Below are positions 1-9,544 of a stretch of 64,000 nt of DNA, one piece after another. The number at the start of each line of letters is the position of its first letter. Position 1 is the first letter of the stretch. Both the position numbers and the translations under genes were made by a program. Origin of the DNA: an uncultured Candidatus Saccharibacteria bacterium (GTDB lineage Bacteria > Patescibacteriota > Saccharimonadia > Saccharimonadales > UBA4665); contig CAVVLM010000006.1 of NCBI GenBank assembly GCA_963749175.1, forward strand, positions 15,558 through 79,557. The letters run 5' to 3'. The notes beneath the pieces were generated by a model. The model did not search any database, was not told the origin of the DNA, and saw only the letters and a program-made list of their open reading frames with translations.

Positions 1-428
1 GGAAATTCTTGGTTGGTGGGGGACTTTTTACTTAACTTAACAACAAAATCGTGTCGCACACCTTCAGTTCAATTTGTTGAAACTGCATGGTAGGAGGTTG
101 AAGTCGATAGACTTCTCCTTTCGGCTGACGTAAAAACGATGCTTAGAATAGTAATCCTGTTATACAGGAAGTCCTGAGAAGAGTTGTGTTGAGTAATGCG
201 CCGAGGAGCACATCATTACACTTTCACTCATCAGATGAGATATAAAAACCTAAAAAAATTGTTGGGCACTTGTAACTCATCTGATATTTATCTGCTTATC
301 AAGTTACGCATTGGAGAAAACATCTCTACAATGATGAGTTGCATTATAATCACAAAATTTGGCGATTACAATGTCTTATTAACTTCTTACAACGTTATTA
401 GTATTATAAAACCTGATTAAAAAGTTAA

Positions 429-1196
429 TTAAAGTGACTCGATGATTATGTTTCCAAGATTAGCTTTAGAATCCGGGAAGGCTAAAAAATGCCTTTCTAT
501 TTTCGGGTTAATAGAACTGGACTTAATACTGGCTTCCAAAACCTGGGCTATGCCTGGTTCTGTGTACCAAAGCATCGGACCGCTGTCGACGCCAATTGAA
601 TAAGAGGATCTATTAATTAGATAATTGCCGTCGTGGCGCACCCAACCGGCGAGGGCCCTAACCGGCATGTATTGGTCAGCCGATAATAACCAGGCATAAG
701 TATGGATATCTTTATGATTAGCGGCTTCTATTAAGGCAGCCGGGCCTTTTATGTATATATCGTAAGCGGACTCTGGCGACACTAACAAAGCTGCCGCAAA
801 TTGATCGCATAATTTTGAGGCTTCTTTAGAGCGCTTGGGGCTGGATTGTTTCGATTTAGTTGGCACCCGGTCTTCCCTAATATCGTAAAACTGGGTCTGG
901 CCTATTTCGTAGGCAATTCTAAATCTGACAATTGCCCGTTGCAATTTGTCTGGTTCTGGCTTAACAAAAATTTCCCATTTTTCAGCAGGAGTGGGCCGAT
1001 TATCGACTTGGATAACAAATCCACCAATCAGCAGCGGTAAAAGCGTTGAATAGCGTTTGGCTTTGTTGGCGCCTAAATTTTCTTGGCGGATGATCCAGCC
1101 TTGATCGAGAACTAATTGTTCGACATCTATCTCACCATTGCTAAGTGTTGGAGCAGAAGCTTTGAACTTGGCAGCTTCGACGGCCGGGTTAATCAT
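429..1196 (-). CDS. ImmA/IrrE-like (DUF955-type) domain protein with degenerate metal-binding motif
   Basis: 255-aa ORF. RFRIAYEIGQTQFY resembles the rF.iAHElGH helix of ImmA/IrrE peptidases, but both His are replaced (AYEIGQ). CDQFAAALLVSP resembles the downstream eAn.FAaelLmP helix. 3-nt gap to ORF 1200..2555. Confidence 0.5.
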   Translation of the reverse strand: MINPAVEAAKFKASAPTLSNGEIDVEQLVLDQGWIIRQENLGANKAKRYSTLLPLLIGGFVIQVDNRPTPAEKWEIFVKPEPDKLQRAIVRFRIAYEIGQTQFYDIREDRVPTKSKQSSPKRSKEASKLCDQFAAALLVSPESAYDIYIKGPAALIEAANHKDIHTYAWLLSADQYMPVRALAGWVRHDGNYLINRSSYSIGVDSGPMLWYTEPGIAQVLEASIKSSSINPKIERHFLAFPDSKANLGNIIIESL

Positions 1197-1199
1197 GAT

Positions 1200-2555
1200 C
1201 TATTTAAATTCCCTATTTAAGGCTTGTTCAATAAGTAAATTTAAAATGGAATTAGCAGGTTTAGTTTGATGCTCAGCGGCACAGAGTGGAATTGATTCCT
1301 CGCCTCTTAAACGGCGGATAAGTTTAGCTAGTGATTCAGCCGCGAATGGTTCATTACCCCAATTTTTAGCGTAGCGAGCAGCTAGCACGGCTAACTCGCA
1401 GGTAGTTTTAGCCATGTCCAAAAGATCATCATGCTGCTCTATAACATAATTAGTTGCCTTCCAGGTTTTACTTTCTTTACCAAATGGCGCCACGCCTATA
1501 CCTAACTTACTAATAAGGTATTCAAGTCCCCAATCAGACACAAACGGATCCGGCGAAAATCTTAAGCGCACTTGCGGTAAAACGTGAGTCTTGGTTAACT
1601 TAACTCCGCAGAGAATTTCCGGATGGTCTCTAACATACTCAAGCATAGCGTTGTAGGTTGACAGGGTCTTAATATAATCCCAATCAGGTAAAACCGGATC
1701 ATCTTCAATATATTCATGTTTGGTTTCGAGCTGCACGGTATTTTTATTACTCAAAAACACCTCGTCGCGCCATTCATGAGTAATTAAAGGTTGTATTCTT
1801 ATCGGCAGTAGGTTGCCAGGTATTGTATTTTCTGAGTCAGGGTAAAGTACATATTCATTACTATTGCCTCTTTTATGGCCAAATGTCTCAAGCACCCAAT
1901 GGGCGATATGGGTAGTAAAAGATCGATTATCATCGTCATTGAGTTTATCAAAATCCCGCTGGCTGATAATATTTTCTAGGAAATCAATTACTTCGGCTGA
2001 ACTGTATTCTTTCTGACTAACCATCGATTCAGCCGGCTCATACTGGTCGGCTATGTCTTCATTTCTTAAGTTGGTGCCCAACTCAAACACAACCCAGCGT
2101 GGTCCAATTTTGCTAATTAGCTCTGGCCGTGGTGTCGGCAGCCTTAAGAAATGCTTTAATACCGCATTGCCAGTTTCCTTTTCGGTGGGTAGTACAAAAT
2201 AATTTTCTGGACGATGGAAAGCGGTCTTTGGATTAAAGTCGTTATCTTGAATTACTAAACTCCAAATATCATCATAAATTATGGTTGAAGCCGTAAATTG
2301 TAGAAATATTTCGTTTGGTGGATTGTTGTGCTTCAGCATGGTAGCGAAAACTTGCTCGGCTTTGGGGTCTCCCCACTCAAAGACAACATTTGTAACATCT
2401 TTATAATTGAAGTTATCACCTAGCCATACGATTTCCGCGCCGCTGCCACCCAATAATACTGATCCTTCAGCTCGCTCCTCATCACTTAAGCCATATAAAT
2501 CCAGCGTTATACTCCGGCGATTAAACCATTCTTGACTCTCAAACTGCTCTGTCAT
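1200..2555 (-). CDS. hypothetical protein (operon partner of ImmA-like ORF)
   Basis: ORF 1200..2612 opens with TTG. The first ATG (MTEQFESQEW) is at 2555. Long uninterrupted frame; no family recognised. Confidence 0.6.
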   Translation of the reverse strand: MTEQFESQEWFNRRSITLDLYGLSDEERAEGSVLLGGSGAEIVWLGDNFNYKDVTNVVFEWGDPKAEQVFATMLKHNNPPNEIFLQFTASTIIYDDIWSLVIQDNDFNPKTAFHRPENYFVLPTEKETGNAVLKHFLRLPTPRPELISKIGPRWVVFELGTNLRNEDIADQYEPAESMVSQKEYSSAEVIDFLENIISQRDFDKLNDDDNRSFTTHIAHWVLETFGHKRGNSNEYVLYPDSENTIPGNLLPIRIQPLITHEWRDEVFLSNKNTVQLETKHEYIEDDPVLPDWDYIKTLSTYNAMLEYVRDHPEILCGVKLTKTHVLPQVRLRFSPDPFVSDWGLEYLISKLGIGVAPFGKESKTWKATNYVIEQHDDLLDMAKTTCELAVLAARYAKNWGNEPFAAESLAKLIRRLRGEESIPLCAAEHQTKPANSILNLLIEQALNREFK

Positions 2556-2811
2556 CTGATTATTTAGACATATTCTGCTTATTAAATGCAAGCTGTAGCA
2601 TTTTGGAATCAAATAATTATTTTTGCAGTTACATTTCTAACTACAATAATTCTAAAATAAATATCTCTAAATTTCATCTGTAGATAATGTCTAAGTTTTA
2701 TCGCAACTGATATATTTCATTGACTGAAACTGGTGTTTATGTTAACTTGCAAAAGTTCTTCGGAGTTGAAGAAGGATCGTTATCAACTACGTTTCCCCAA
2801 GGGGGTATGTT

Positions 2812-3153
2812 GTGTCAGCTAAAACTTTTCCAACTAAAGCTCAGCACTACAAGCAGGAAGCTTTGGCGTTCGTGTTTTCCGTTCTGATGCTGGTGTTCTC
2901 AGCCTGGCTTGGAATATTCATGTCTGCTACCATTAGAGACATTTATGAACGGCTGAATTTGTATCATAATTTCAAGCCTTTCACTCTGTTCTGGGCGACG
3001 TTTCTGTTGCTGCTTTTTTTCGCTGCGCTCGTTTTGGGTATCACTCAACTGGCTCAGCTGTTAAAGCTCCAGCATGACCGAGTATTTCAGAATTCTAGTG
3101 AAAATAGCTCTAGCGTTAAACCGCTAGCCGCTAGGAGGAGACAGCCAACGTGA
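2812..3153 (+). CDS. small membrane protein
   Basis: GTG start 6 nt after GGGGG. Two hydrophobic helices (AFVFSVLMLVFSAWLGIFM; LFWATFLLLLFFAALVLGI) and a basic tail. Confidence 0.6.
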   Translation: MSAKTFPTKAQHYKQEALAFVFSVLMLVFSAWLGIFMSATIRDIYERLNLYHNFKPFTLFWATFLLLLFFAALVLGITQLAQLLKLQHDRVFQNSSENSSSVKPLAARRRQPT

Positions 3154-3314
3154 TTTTCGCTATCCTGATTTTTGCTGGATCGATCAGCGCCACTTTTGAA
3201 TATATCCAAGGCGCAAGAAACCATTCTTCGACCAGCTACTTTTTGGCGATGATATTAACCTATGCCTTTATTGTCGGATTGAAAAGCAATATCCGCAATA
3301 CAGTCGCTGGTTAA
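3150..3314 (+). CDS. small membrane protein (54 aa, below ORF-track cutoff)
   Basis: GTG overlaps the stop of 2812..3153 (GTGA). AGGAGGAG lies 9 nt upstream. Translation MIFAILIFAGSISATFEYIQGARNHSSTSYFLAMILTYAFIVGLKSNIRNTVAG has two hydrophobic segments. Confidence 0.5.
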   Translation: MIFAILIFAGSISATFEYIQGARNHSSTSYFLAMILTYAFIVGLKSNIRNTVAG

Positions 3315-3425
3315 TGACCCGTACTAGCCTTCCTGATAACTAAACCCTTGTCCCTTGGGGAAAAAGATGGCCATTGCCCTGCTTTATAGTGAGCATAGGA
3401 TCCCCGAGGGACCAGCCGTTAGAAT

Positions 3426-3519
3426 CTAGTTGAGTGATTAGTGATGTTGAACCAGCCGGTTCATTTCCATTAACTACATCCTACTTTCTAAACGGCTTTT
3501 TCATTCAACTAGTTTTTTT
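3426..3519 (+). terminator. long-range stem (12 bp, one G-U) plus T7 tract; putative complex terminator
   Basis: CTAGTTGAGTGA (3426..3437) pairs with TCATTCAACTAG (3501..3512), followed by TTTTTTT. An inner GAACC-AGCC-GGTTC hairpin is present. Confidence 0.35.
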
Positions 3520-3546
3520 ATTCAAATATTGTTAAATTGCTACGAC

Positions 3547-4524
3547 CTAAACGCTAAGTTTTAATGGCTCAGATGTTCCAGAATTAGCAGTTCTGTCCAT
3601 GACGTCTAGCAACATATCGGTTCGCAGTTTTAGATGATTATCAAAATTTGAATTGGGTTCATAATTGTATAGGTCAAAAAAACACTCTTCAATAACCGTA
3701 CTGCCGACATGGGTTTTATCAGAAGCAAATTTTATATCAGGATTTAAATAAACTATCGATATGCCGTCTACATTCGGGCGCTTAATGCCGTCTTGAAATA
3801 AGGCTGACCTTATTTGGAGTTTGTAGTCAAGCATTAGCTTGTCATCTCGATTAGCAATTACGCTTAAATCCCAACCTCTGTTTAAGGTAGCGCCATGTAA
3901 GTTGCGTCGATCTTCTAGATATCTAGCTGGAAAAACATACCAAGATTCGCTGCCAATGCCGTTCGGTGTATTGGCAAATCTTTGGAGTAGCAGCCAAGTG
4001 GCAAATTCACTGATTTCACCCCTGAACTCTTGTTGGGTATCGCCATTATTTTCCGGTAGACCGGCTCGATATTCGTTTACTAAATCGTGACCAATCAAAG
4101 TTGTCTGCTGGTAAATCGACTCAGCCATTTCCTTTGGCGGTAACTTGCCCATCAAAGCTAATTTATGGGCAGGCAGGATTGCTATATTTTTCCGGGCTTT
4201 AGCTCTTAGTACGTCAGTCCGGCCGGAAAACAAAAAACTCTGTGAATAGTCGGCTTTTTTAAACATAAACTGAGCGTAATCTAAATAATCAAATGCCGTT
4301 TCTAGATCAGCTTCGCGATAAGCTTGTTCGATAGCAAGTTCTCCAGCCCACAAAACTCCAATCGGCCGAGTGTTTTCTAGTTGTCGGATGGCGGTTTTTA
4401 TATTAATGGCATGGATATTTAACTGTGTTGAAATACCACGTGGGTCTTCGCTGTCATGAACAGCGCTTTTCTCACGATAACGGTCACTTTTACGAAACAA
4501 TCTACTATGTTGAGACATTGCCAT
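3547..4524 (-). CDS. hypothetical protein, possible PD-(D/E)XK-like C-terminal domain
   Basis: 325-aa ORF with ATG start. GEISEF...GWDLSV...LDYKLQIRS has the E / hhD / (D/E)xK spacing of restriction-endonuclease-like folds. Weak assignment, by eye. Confidence 0.6.
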   Translation of the reverse strand: MAMSQHSRLFRKSDRYREKSAVHDSEDPRGISTQLNIHAINIKTAIRQLENTRPIGVLWAGELAIEQAYREADLETAFDYLDYAQFMFKKADYSQSFLFSGRTDVLRAKARKNIAILPAHKLALMGKLPPKEMAESIYQQTTLIGHDLVNEYRAGLPENNGDTQQEFRGEISEFATWLLLQRFANTPNGIGSESWYVFPARYLEDRRNLHGATLNRGWDLSVIANRDDKLMLDYKLQIRSALFQDGIKRPNVDGISIVYLNPDIKFASDKTHVGSTVIEECFFDLYNYEPNSNFDNHLKLRTDMLLDVMDRTANSGTSEPLKLSV

Positions 4525-4599
4525 AATATACCATATAAAGTAAGTATTTTAATTTAATGTATTCGACTTATCGACCAGATTAATCGTCTCGTTCTGATT

Positions 4600-5466
4600 T
4601 TATCTATAATTTTCTACCCCGAACAGTTCAATAATTAGATCATTACAGACTGCTAAATCTAACCCGCTTTGGGCTGCTAGTTGCCGAGCTGAATCTGTCA
4701 CTTCTTTTATGTCCTTTGGGTTATCGTATTCCTCGGACTCGTAAACTAGCCAGATCAATGTGCCGATATACGTGCAACTTTCTGGAGACATAATATCGCT
4801 TAGACTTTCTCCGGCAGTCAGAAACCGATCCACGATGTAGGAATTAAGCCGGTTATATAATTGCATCGTTTCGGCATAATGGAAAGACCGTCCAGTGGCC
4901 TCGCTTATCACCAAATCAGTTTCGTCGCCAGTTAGTGAATCACCCGGGAACTTCTCGGCAATTAAATCTCGCCAAACCGGCGCTTCGCCTTCGGCTAGTG
5001 AGCCAGCTTGCAGCCGCTTTTTTATCGCCGTGGCAAGGCTATAATCAATTTTAAACTCAGCCATATACTGTTTAACAACGGCATAAATCGAAGCCAAGTA
5101 ATCCAACCGGTATTCCGGGTTTTTATAAGTTTCGTGATAGATATCGCGGGCCAATTTCAGGGTGGATAGTTCATCAAAGTTGCCAGCCTTAAGAAACTCA
5201 GCATCTTCTTTCGTTAATTTTCGGTTTAAACGGGCTACCCGGTCGGCTAACGGCTCAATTCTTAGCGTCGCCCATTCGTCGACTTCATTATTCTCGACTA
5301 CTGAGATTGGGGTGCCCTCAACATGCCTAGCTTGTTCTTGATTTTGCAGGAAGTCTCTAAAATCCTCAATGACCTGTTCAATTTTTTGACCAGCTGTATC
5401 GCTGGCAAGATACTCGTCAAGCATATCGGCCAGACTGGGTTTTGAATGATCGCCATTATTTTCCAC
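4600..5466 (-). CDS. hypothetical acidic protein
   Basis: 288-aa ORF with GTG start and no obvious RBS; the start is uncertain. Confidence 0.55.
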   Translation of the reverse strand: MENNGDHSKPSLADMLDEYLASDTAGQKIEQVIEDFRDFLQNQEQARHVEGTPISVVENNEVDEWATLRIEPLADRVARLNRKLTKEDAEFLKAGNFDELSTLKLARDIYHETYKNPEYRLDYLASIYAVVKQYMAEFKIDYSLATAIKKRLQAGSLAEGEAPVWRDLIAEKFPGDSLTGDETDLVISEATGRSFHYAETMQLYNRLNSYIVDRFLTAGESLSDIMSPESCTYIGTLIWLVYESEEYDNPKDIKEVTDSARQLAAQSGLDLAVCNDLIIELFGVENYR

Positions 5467-5638
5467 AGTTAGACTATTATCTAATATTTAGCACATAAAG
5501 CTATAAGATATCTCATGTCCTATAACTGATCGCCCACAGCTTATAAAACGTTAAATTAAATATTAGTGTAATAACCCTAACAGCATAATCTGCTTATTCT
5601 CTATATATTAAGGGGTTCAGTAATGGGGAGGAGGCTGT

Positions 5639-6031
5639 ATGGGCCGACTAATTATCTTTTTAGCATTTGCCAGCTTAGTCTTTTTAATTGCCGGGACGAC
5701 CAAGTATCCAAATCAAGCCATGTTTTGGCTGGCTTCCGGCTCTTCAACTTATCAATATATCAGGGAAATTCTTGCTGGCATTCTAATAACTCAGATAATT
5801 ACCCGCCCGCCCCGAAAGATCTGGTTCAGGTTGCTGGCTGGTAGCTTGGCCGTGTCAATTGCTGCTTGGGCAACTTATGAAACTATAACCAATTCAATGA
5901 TGGTATTAGATGGCTTGGCTTTTTCATTAACAGCCGTCGCTATCAGCATAATCGCCATCGACGACAAATTTAGCTTTAGCTTGCTGTCAATATTCAGCCA
6001 CAGTAAAAGTAAAGAAGTTAATTTTAGCTGA
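5639..6031 (+). CDS. multi-pass membrane protein
   Basis: ATG preceded by GGAGGAGG. Four to five hydrophobic helices. The overlapping ORF 5623..5844 in another frame is rejected. Confidence 0.65.
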   Translation: MGRLIIFLAFASLVFLIAGTTKYPNQAMFWLASGSSTYQYIREILAGILITQIITRPPRKIWFRLLAGSLAVSIAAWATYETITNSMMVLDGLAFSLTAVAISIIAIDDKFSFSLLSIFSHSKSKEVNFS

Positions 6032-6040
6032 GCAAAGTTT

Positions 6041-6943
6041 TTAAGCCGACACTAATTTTATCCGCATAGTGTTTAAACGGCCGTCGACAAAAGCAATTCT
6101 GGATTTTAATCTAGCAACTTCAATCCGAGCGATATTACCGTCAGAAGCGGGCGAAATAGCGCCTTGTGCTTCTTGGTACGCATATAATTTGCGGTGTAAT
6201 ATTTGACTTTGTTGGTTAAGGATCTGTAATTGCAAAGAGCGCCATGAAACTTCCAGCTCATTGCCGGTTAAAGTCTCGTAAACTTGCTTGGCGGATGGGG
6301 CTTCCAAGCTGACAACTTTAAGTTTTTTACTGTCTGAGCTTAGCACCGGAGTTTCCCAGCTTCGGCCGGTTTCCTTAAAATGCAATTTTTCAAGTTTGTT
6401 CAAGTCAATATTTTTTTCTTCCGGCCAAACGTAAAGATTAACTGGTTGCCAAGGGATGGCATCAGCCAGTAGCGCTCCAACTGTTTGCTTGACAACGCCT
6501 TTATGCTGATAGTCTGGCCTGGTAACAACTTCCCTGATAACTAAGTGATTTTTAACGACGCTAAGCAGCTTAAGTGCCCGAATAGTTCTAGCAACTTTGG
6601 AGTTGTTATGGGGACCTTCTGGTGAGCCACCACCAGATGCGTTATACACGCTATAAGCCGCCCCGACCAATTCACCATCATCAATGGCAACGGCTACTTT
6701 AGGGCTGTCAAATACCTGGTTAGCGTATAGCCGGCGCCCATCACCAGGTATTTGGCTGACAGCCGCATTGGGATCAATATGGGAATTATAAAAATTGATC
6801 GGATTGTTCCAGTCGATAAGATAATTAATTTCTTCTAATGAACGATCCATGTTCCCATTTAGCCCATCACGATACAGGGCCTGGTAGCCGCCCCATTGAC
6901 CACGGCTAAGTTCAGTTGGATGATAAATATTAACTTCAATCAT
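6041..6943 (-). CDS. GNAT-family N-acetyltransferase-like protein with C-terminal coiled-coil-like tail
   Basis: REVVTRPDYQHKGVVKQTVGALL matches GNAT motif A (R/Q-x-x-G-x-G/A context). 300 aa. Confidence 0.6.
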   Translation of the reverse strand: MIEVNIYHPTELSRGQWGGYQALYRDGLNGNMDRSLEEINYLIDWNNPINFYNSHIDPNAAVSQIPGDGRRLYANQVFDSPKVAVAIDDGELVGAAYSVYNASGGGSPEGPHNNSKVARTIRALKLLSVVKNHLVIREVVTRPDYQHKGVVKQTVGALLADAIPWQPVNLYVWPEEKNIDLNKLEKLHFKETGRSWETPVLSSDSKKLKVVSLEAPSAKQVYETLTGNELEVSWRSLQLQILNQQSQILHRKLYAYQEAQGAISPASDGNIARIEVARLKSRIAFVDGRLNTMRIKLVSA

Positions 6944-7067
6944 GTGGGCACCTCGTTAAAAGTAAAAATTATTCTACCATTAATACACGATCTTATCAAT
7001 TAAATATGTTAAAGAAGTTAGATAATGGATTTCTAAAAAATGAAATAATAATATACTTAATAAGTAT

Positions 7068-8564
7068 ATGGGAGTTGAAAATTTAACTGATCGAGTTAGA
7101 AATTATCCAGATATCTTGCAGGGGGGCATGGGTATTGCCATTTCCAGCTGGAAGCTAGCCGGTGAAGTCGCTGCCAAAGGTGCTATGGGCGTAGTGTCGG
7201 GAACGGTTATTAGCGAAGTGTTTGCCCGCCGGTTACAGGACGGCGATATGGATGAACCAATGAAACAGGCTCTAGCTGAATTTCCCGATCAAGATTTAGT
7301 TAATAAAATTGTTGACCGCTACTATTTACCGGGGGGTCGCATGTTGGCTCAACCCTATAAAGGGACGCCAGTTTTTGGATTGCGTTCCAATGGCCTGGCA
7401 GTAGAACTTAACTTGCTGGGGGCTTATACCGAAGTCCGGCGAGCCCAGATACATGCCCAGCGAATAACTGGCCATGAAAATTCTAGGGGCCCAATCGGTA
7501 TTAATTTACTTACTAAGCTGGAGCTGTCAACGCCTAGTGCCTTATTCGGGGCCATGTTGGCTGGAGTTGACTGTGTCGTGATGGGTGCGGGTATACCTAG
7601 TGATATACCGGTTGCTCTGGATAATCTTTCTCAAGCCAAAGCCACCGCTACTCAATTTAATGTCAACGGGGCTGAGCAGCACTACGATATTAAATTTGAC
7701 CCTAATGAATATCCTAAGCTGGCAGCTAGTAAGCTAACCAGGCCGGCTTTCTTGGCGATTGTGGCTTCTAAATCACTTGCCAAATTCCTATCACGCGATC
7801 AGCAGTCATCGCCTAACGGCTTTGTGATTGAAGGCCCAACAGCCGGTGGTCACAATGCTCCACCACGTGGGAAGCTCGAGCTAGACGATCAGGGACAACC
7901 GATATATGGACCGCGTGACGAAGTAGACCTTGAGGATTTTGCTAAACTCGACAAACCGTTTTGGTGTGCTGGAGGTTATGGAACTCCCGAGGGTTTAATA
8001 ACTGCTAAAGCACAAGGCGCTAATGGTATCCAAGTAGGAAGTATTTTTGCAGTCTGTCAAGATTCAGGCATTGTGCCTTGGGCGAGAGCTGAAATTATCC
8101 ATTTATCTTTGGACGATAGCGTTGATGTTGTCACTAGTGCCCAAGCGTCTTCAACTGGATACCCCTTTAAAGTCGCTCAAGTCGGAGGCTCATTATCAGA
8201 AGAAGCCGTTTATAACGCGCGACCGCGGATTTGTGACCAAAGATTTTTAAGCGAAGCCTATATCAATGACTCGGGCAATGTGTCATTCCGCTGTCCAGCT
8301 GAGCCGATTGAGCAGTATATCAGCGATAAGAAAGGCGGTGATATTGCTGCCACTGTCGGTCGAGTTTGTCTTTGTAACGGTCTTTTGGCAGCCGCCGGAC
8401 TAGCTCAAATTCGTAAAAATCAGAATACCGGTCCAGCTTATCAAGAGCCGCCAATTTTTACATTAGGTGACAGTGCCAACGAATCCATTAAATTATTAGT
8501 AAACTACCTTAAAAGTCCACATTTTCGAGCAAAAGATGTCATTGATTGGTTACGTAGTGGCTAA
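7068..8564 (+). CDS. nitronate monooxygenase / 2-nitropropane dioxygenase-family FMN flavoprotein
   Basis: N-terminal GGMGIAISSWKLAGEVAAKGAMGVVSG and VIEGPTAGGHNAPPRG are typical of the NMO/FabK-like TIM-barrel family. Confidence 0.85.
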   Translation: MGVENLTDRVRNYPDILQGGMGIAISSWKLAGEVAAKGAMGVVSGTVISEVFARRLQDGDMDEPMKQALAEFPDQDLVNKIVDRYYLPGGRMLAQPYKGTPVFGLRSNGLAVELNLLGAYTEVRRAQIHAQRITGHENSRGPIGINLLTKLELSTPSALFGAMLAGVDCVVMGAGIPSDIPVALDNLSQAKATATQFNVNGAEQHYDIKFDPNEYPKLAASKLTRPAFLAIVASKSLAKFLSRDQQSSPNGFVIEGPTAGGHNAPPRGKLELDDQGQPIYGPRDEVDLEDFAKLDKPFWCAGGYGTPEGLITAKAQGANGIQVGSIFAVCQDSGIVPWARAEIIHLSLDDSVDVVTSAQASSTGYPFKVAQVGGSLSEEAVYNARPRICDQRFLSEAYINDSGNVSFRCPAEPIEQYISDKKGGDIAATVGRVCLCNGLLAAAGLAQIRKNQNTGPAYQEPPIFTLGDSANESIKLLVNYLKSPHFRAKDVIDWLRSG

Positions 8565-8593
8565 AACCAACCATAAAGTGTTAACATAAAAAC

Positions 8594-8848
8594 ATGAAAG
8601 TTTGGGTTGAACAAGATTTATGTTCTGGTGATAGGTTATGCGAGGAAACCTGTCCCGAAGTATTCGAAATCGGTCATGATTTTTTAGCGTATGTTAAATC
8701 GATCGGTCAGACTGCACTATATGATGATCAGGAGCAGCCGATTAATCAAGGAATAAGCGGGAAAGTTGAAGTGCTACCAGAATTGGTAGATGCTGTCCAA
8801 GCCGCAGCTGATGAATGCCCTGGGGAATGTATATTTATCGATCTTTGA
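8594..8848 (+). CDS. single-cluster ferredoxin (CxxDxxC...CP type)
   Basis: CSGDRLCEETCPEVF plus C-terminal ECPGECI. Asp sits at the second ligand position, as in 3Fe-4S/Asp-ligated 4Fe-4S ferredoxins. 84 aa. Confidence 0.85.
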   Translation: MKVWVEQDLCSGDRLCEETCPEVFEIGHDFLAYVKSIGQTALYDDQEQPINQGISGKVEVLPELVDAVQAAADECPGECIFIDL

Positions 8849-9018
8849 TTTTACTGATACAAAATCATTAATCTCAAAATAATTTTCGCTAATTGCCTGT
8901 TTATGTAATAATAATTCTAATCCTTTTTGGGATATTCCTATCTGGTGATAGGTGGCTTGTTCAACAAGCAGCAGAGGTCCGGCTCTTGCTCCGAGACATT
9001 TGACAACAAGGAGGACTG

Positions 9019-9402
9019 GTGTCCCCTAAATTTGATGTGTTGATTACATCTGGCGACAACAAACATGATCTGATCGCTCAGCTAATTGACTGGGGCCGCA
9101 CTAATATGCGGCATCGCCAACCTTTCACCATAAAGATCAGACTGGCTCGACCGGCATCGGAAGAAATTGAGGTTAAAGTATTCATTCGAGGAATCACTAC
9201 AGCAGATGATAAAGGTATTAACTGGGTGATTACCGGTGAAATAACCATGGATAGCCTGATTAGAGCTGAGTTTCCCTGGTATTCGTATGGCTGGGTCAAA
9301 GAAATGAGGTTCTTTAAAGCCAACTATAATATCAGGGATCGCCAAGGCCTCATTGAGCCTTCCCCGAAAATAAATCCGCCGATCATTAGGCGCTCAATGT
9401 AA
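9019..9402 (+). CDS. hypothetical protein
   Basis: GTG start 4 nt after AAGGAGGA. 127 aa. Confidence 0.6.
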   Translation: MSPKFDVLITSGDNKHDLIAQLIDWGRTNMRHRQPFTIKIRLARPASEEIEVKVFIRGITTADDKGINWVITGEITMDSLIRAEFPWYSYGWVKEMRFFKANYNIRDRQGLIEPSPKINPPIIRRSM

Positions 9403-9426
9403 CTGGCTTATCTTATTTGGAAGATT

Positions 9427-9472
9427 GAGGGAGAGTGGTTACTGACTACTTTGGCAAACGCCACTCTCCCTC
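9427..9472 (+). terminator. 12-bp perfect hairpin after ORF 9019..9402
   Basis: GAGGGAGAGTGG (9427..9438) pairs with CCACTCTCCCTC (9461..9472), 22-nt loop. No clear U-tract. Confidence 0.45.
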
Positions 9473-9544
9473 CCGACCCATTAAATAATCCTCCTTGTTA
9501 ACTCCATAACATTATTAATTTAATTTGCTAAAATTTATAAGACT

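Noticed and set aside
221-234. CTGATGAGTGAAAG on the minus strand, which looks like a hammerhead core.
   Set aside because: There is no stem II between CUGAUGA and GAAA (only 2 nt) and no flanking stems I/III. It is a chance match. The enclosing ORF 196..420 is also unconvincing (AT-rich, no RBS).
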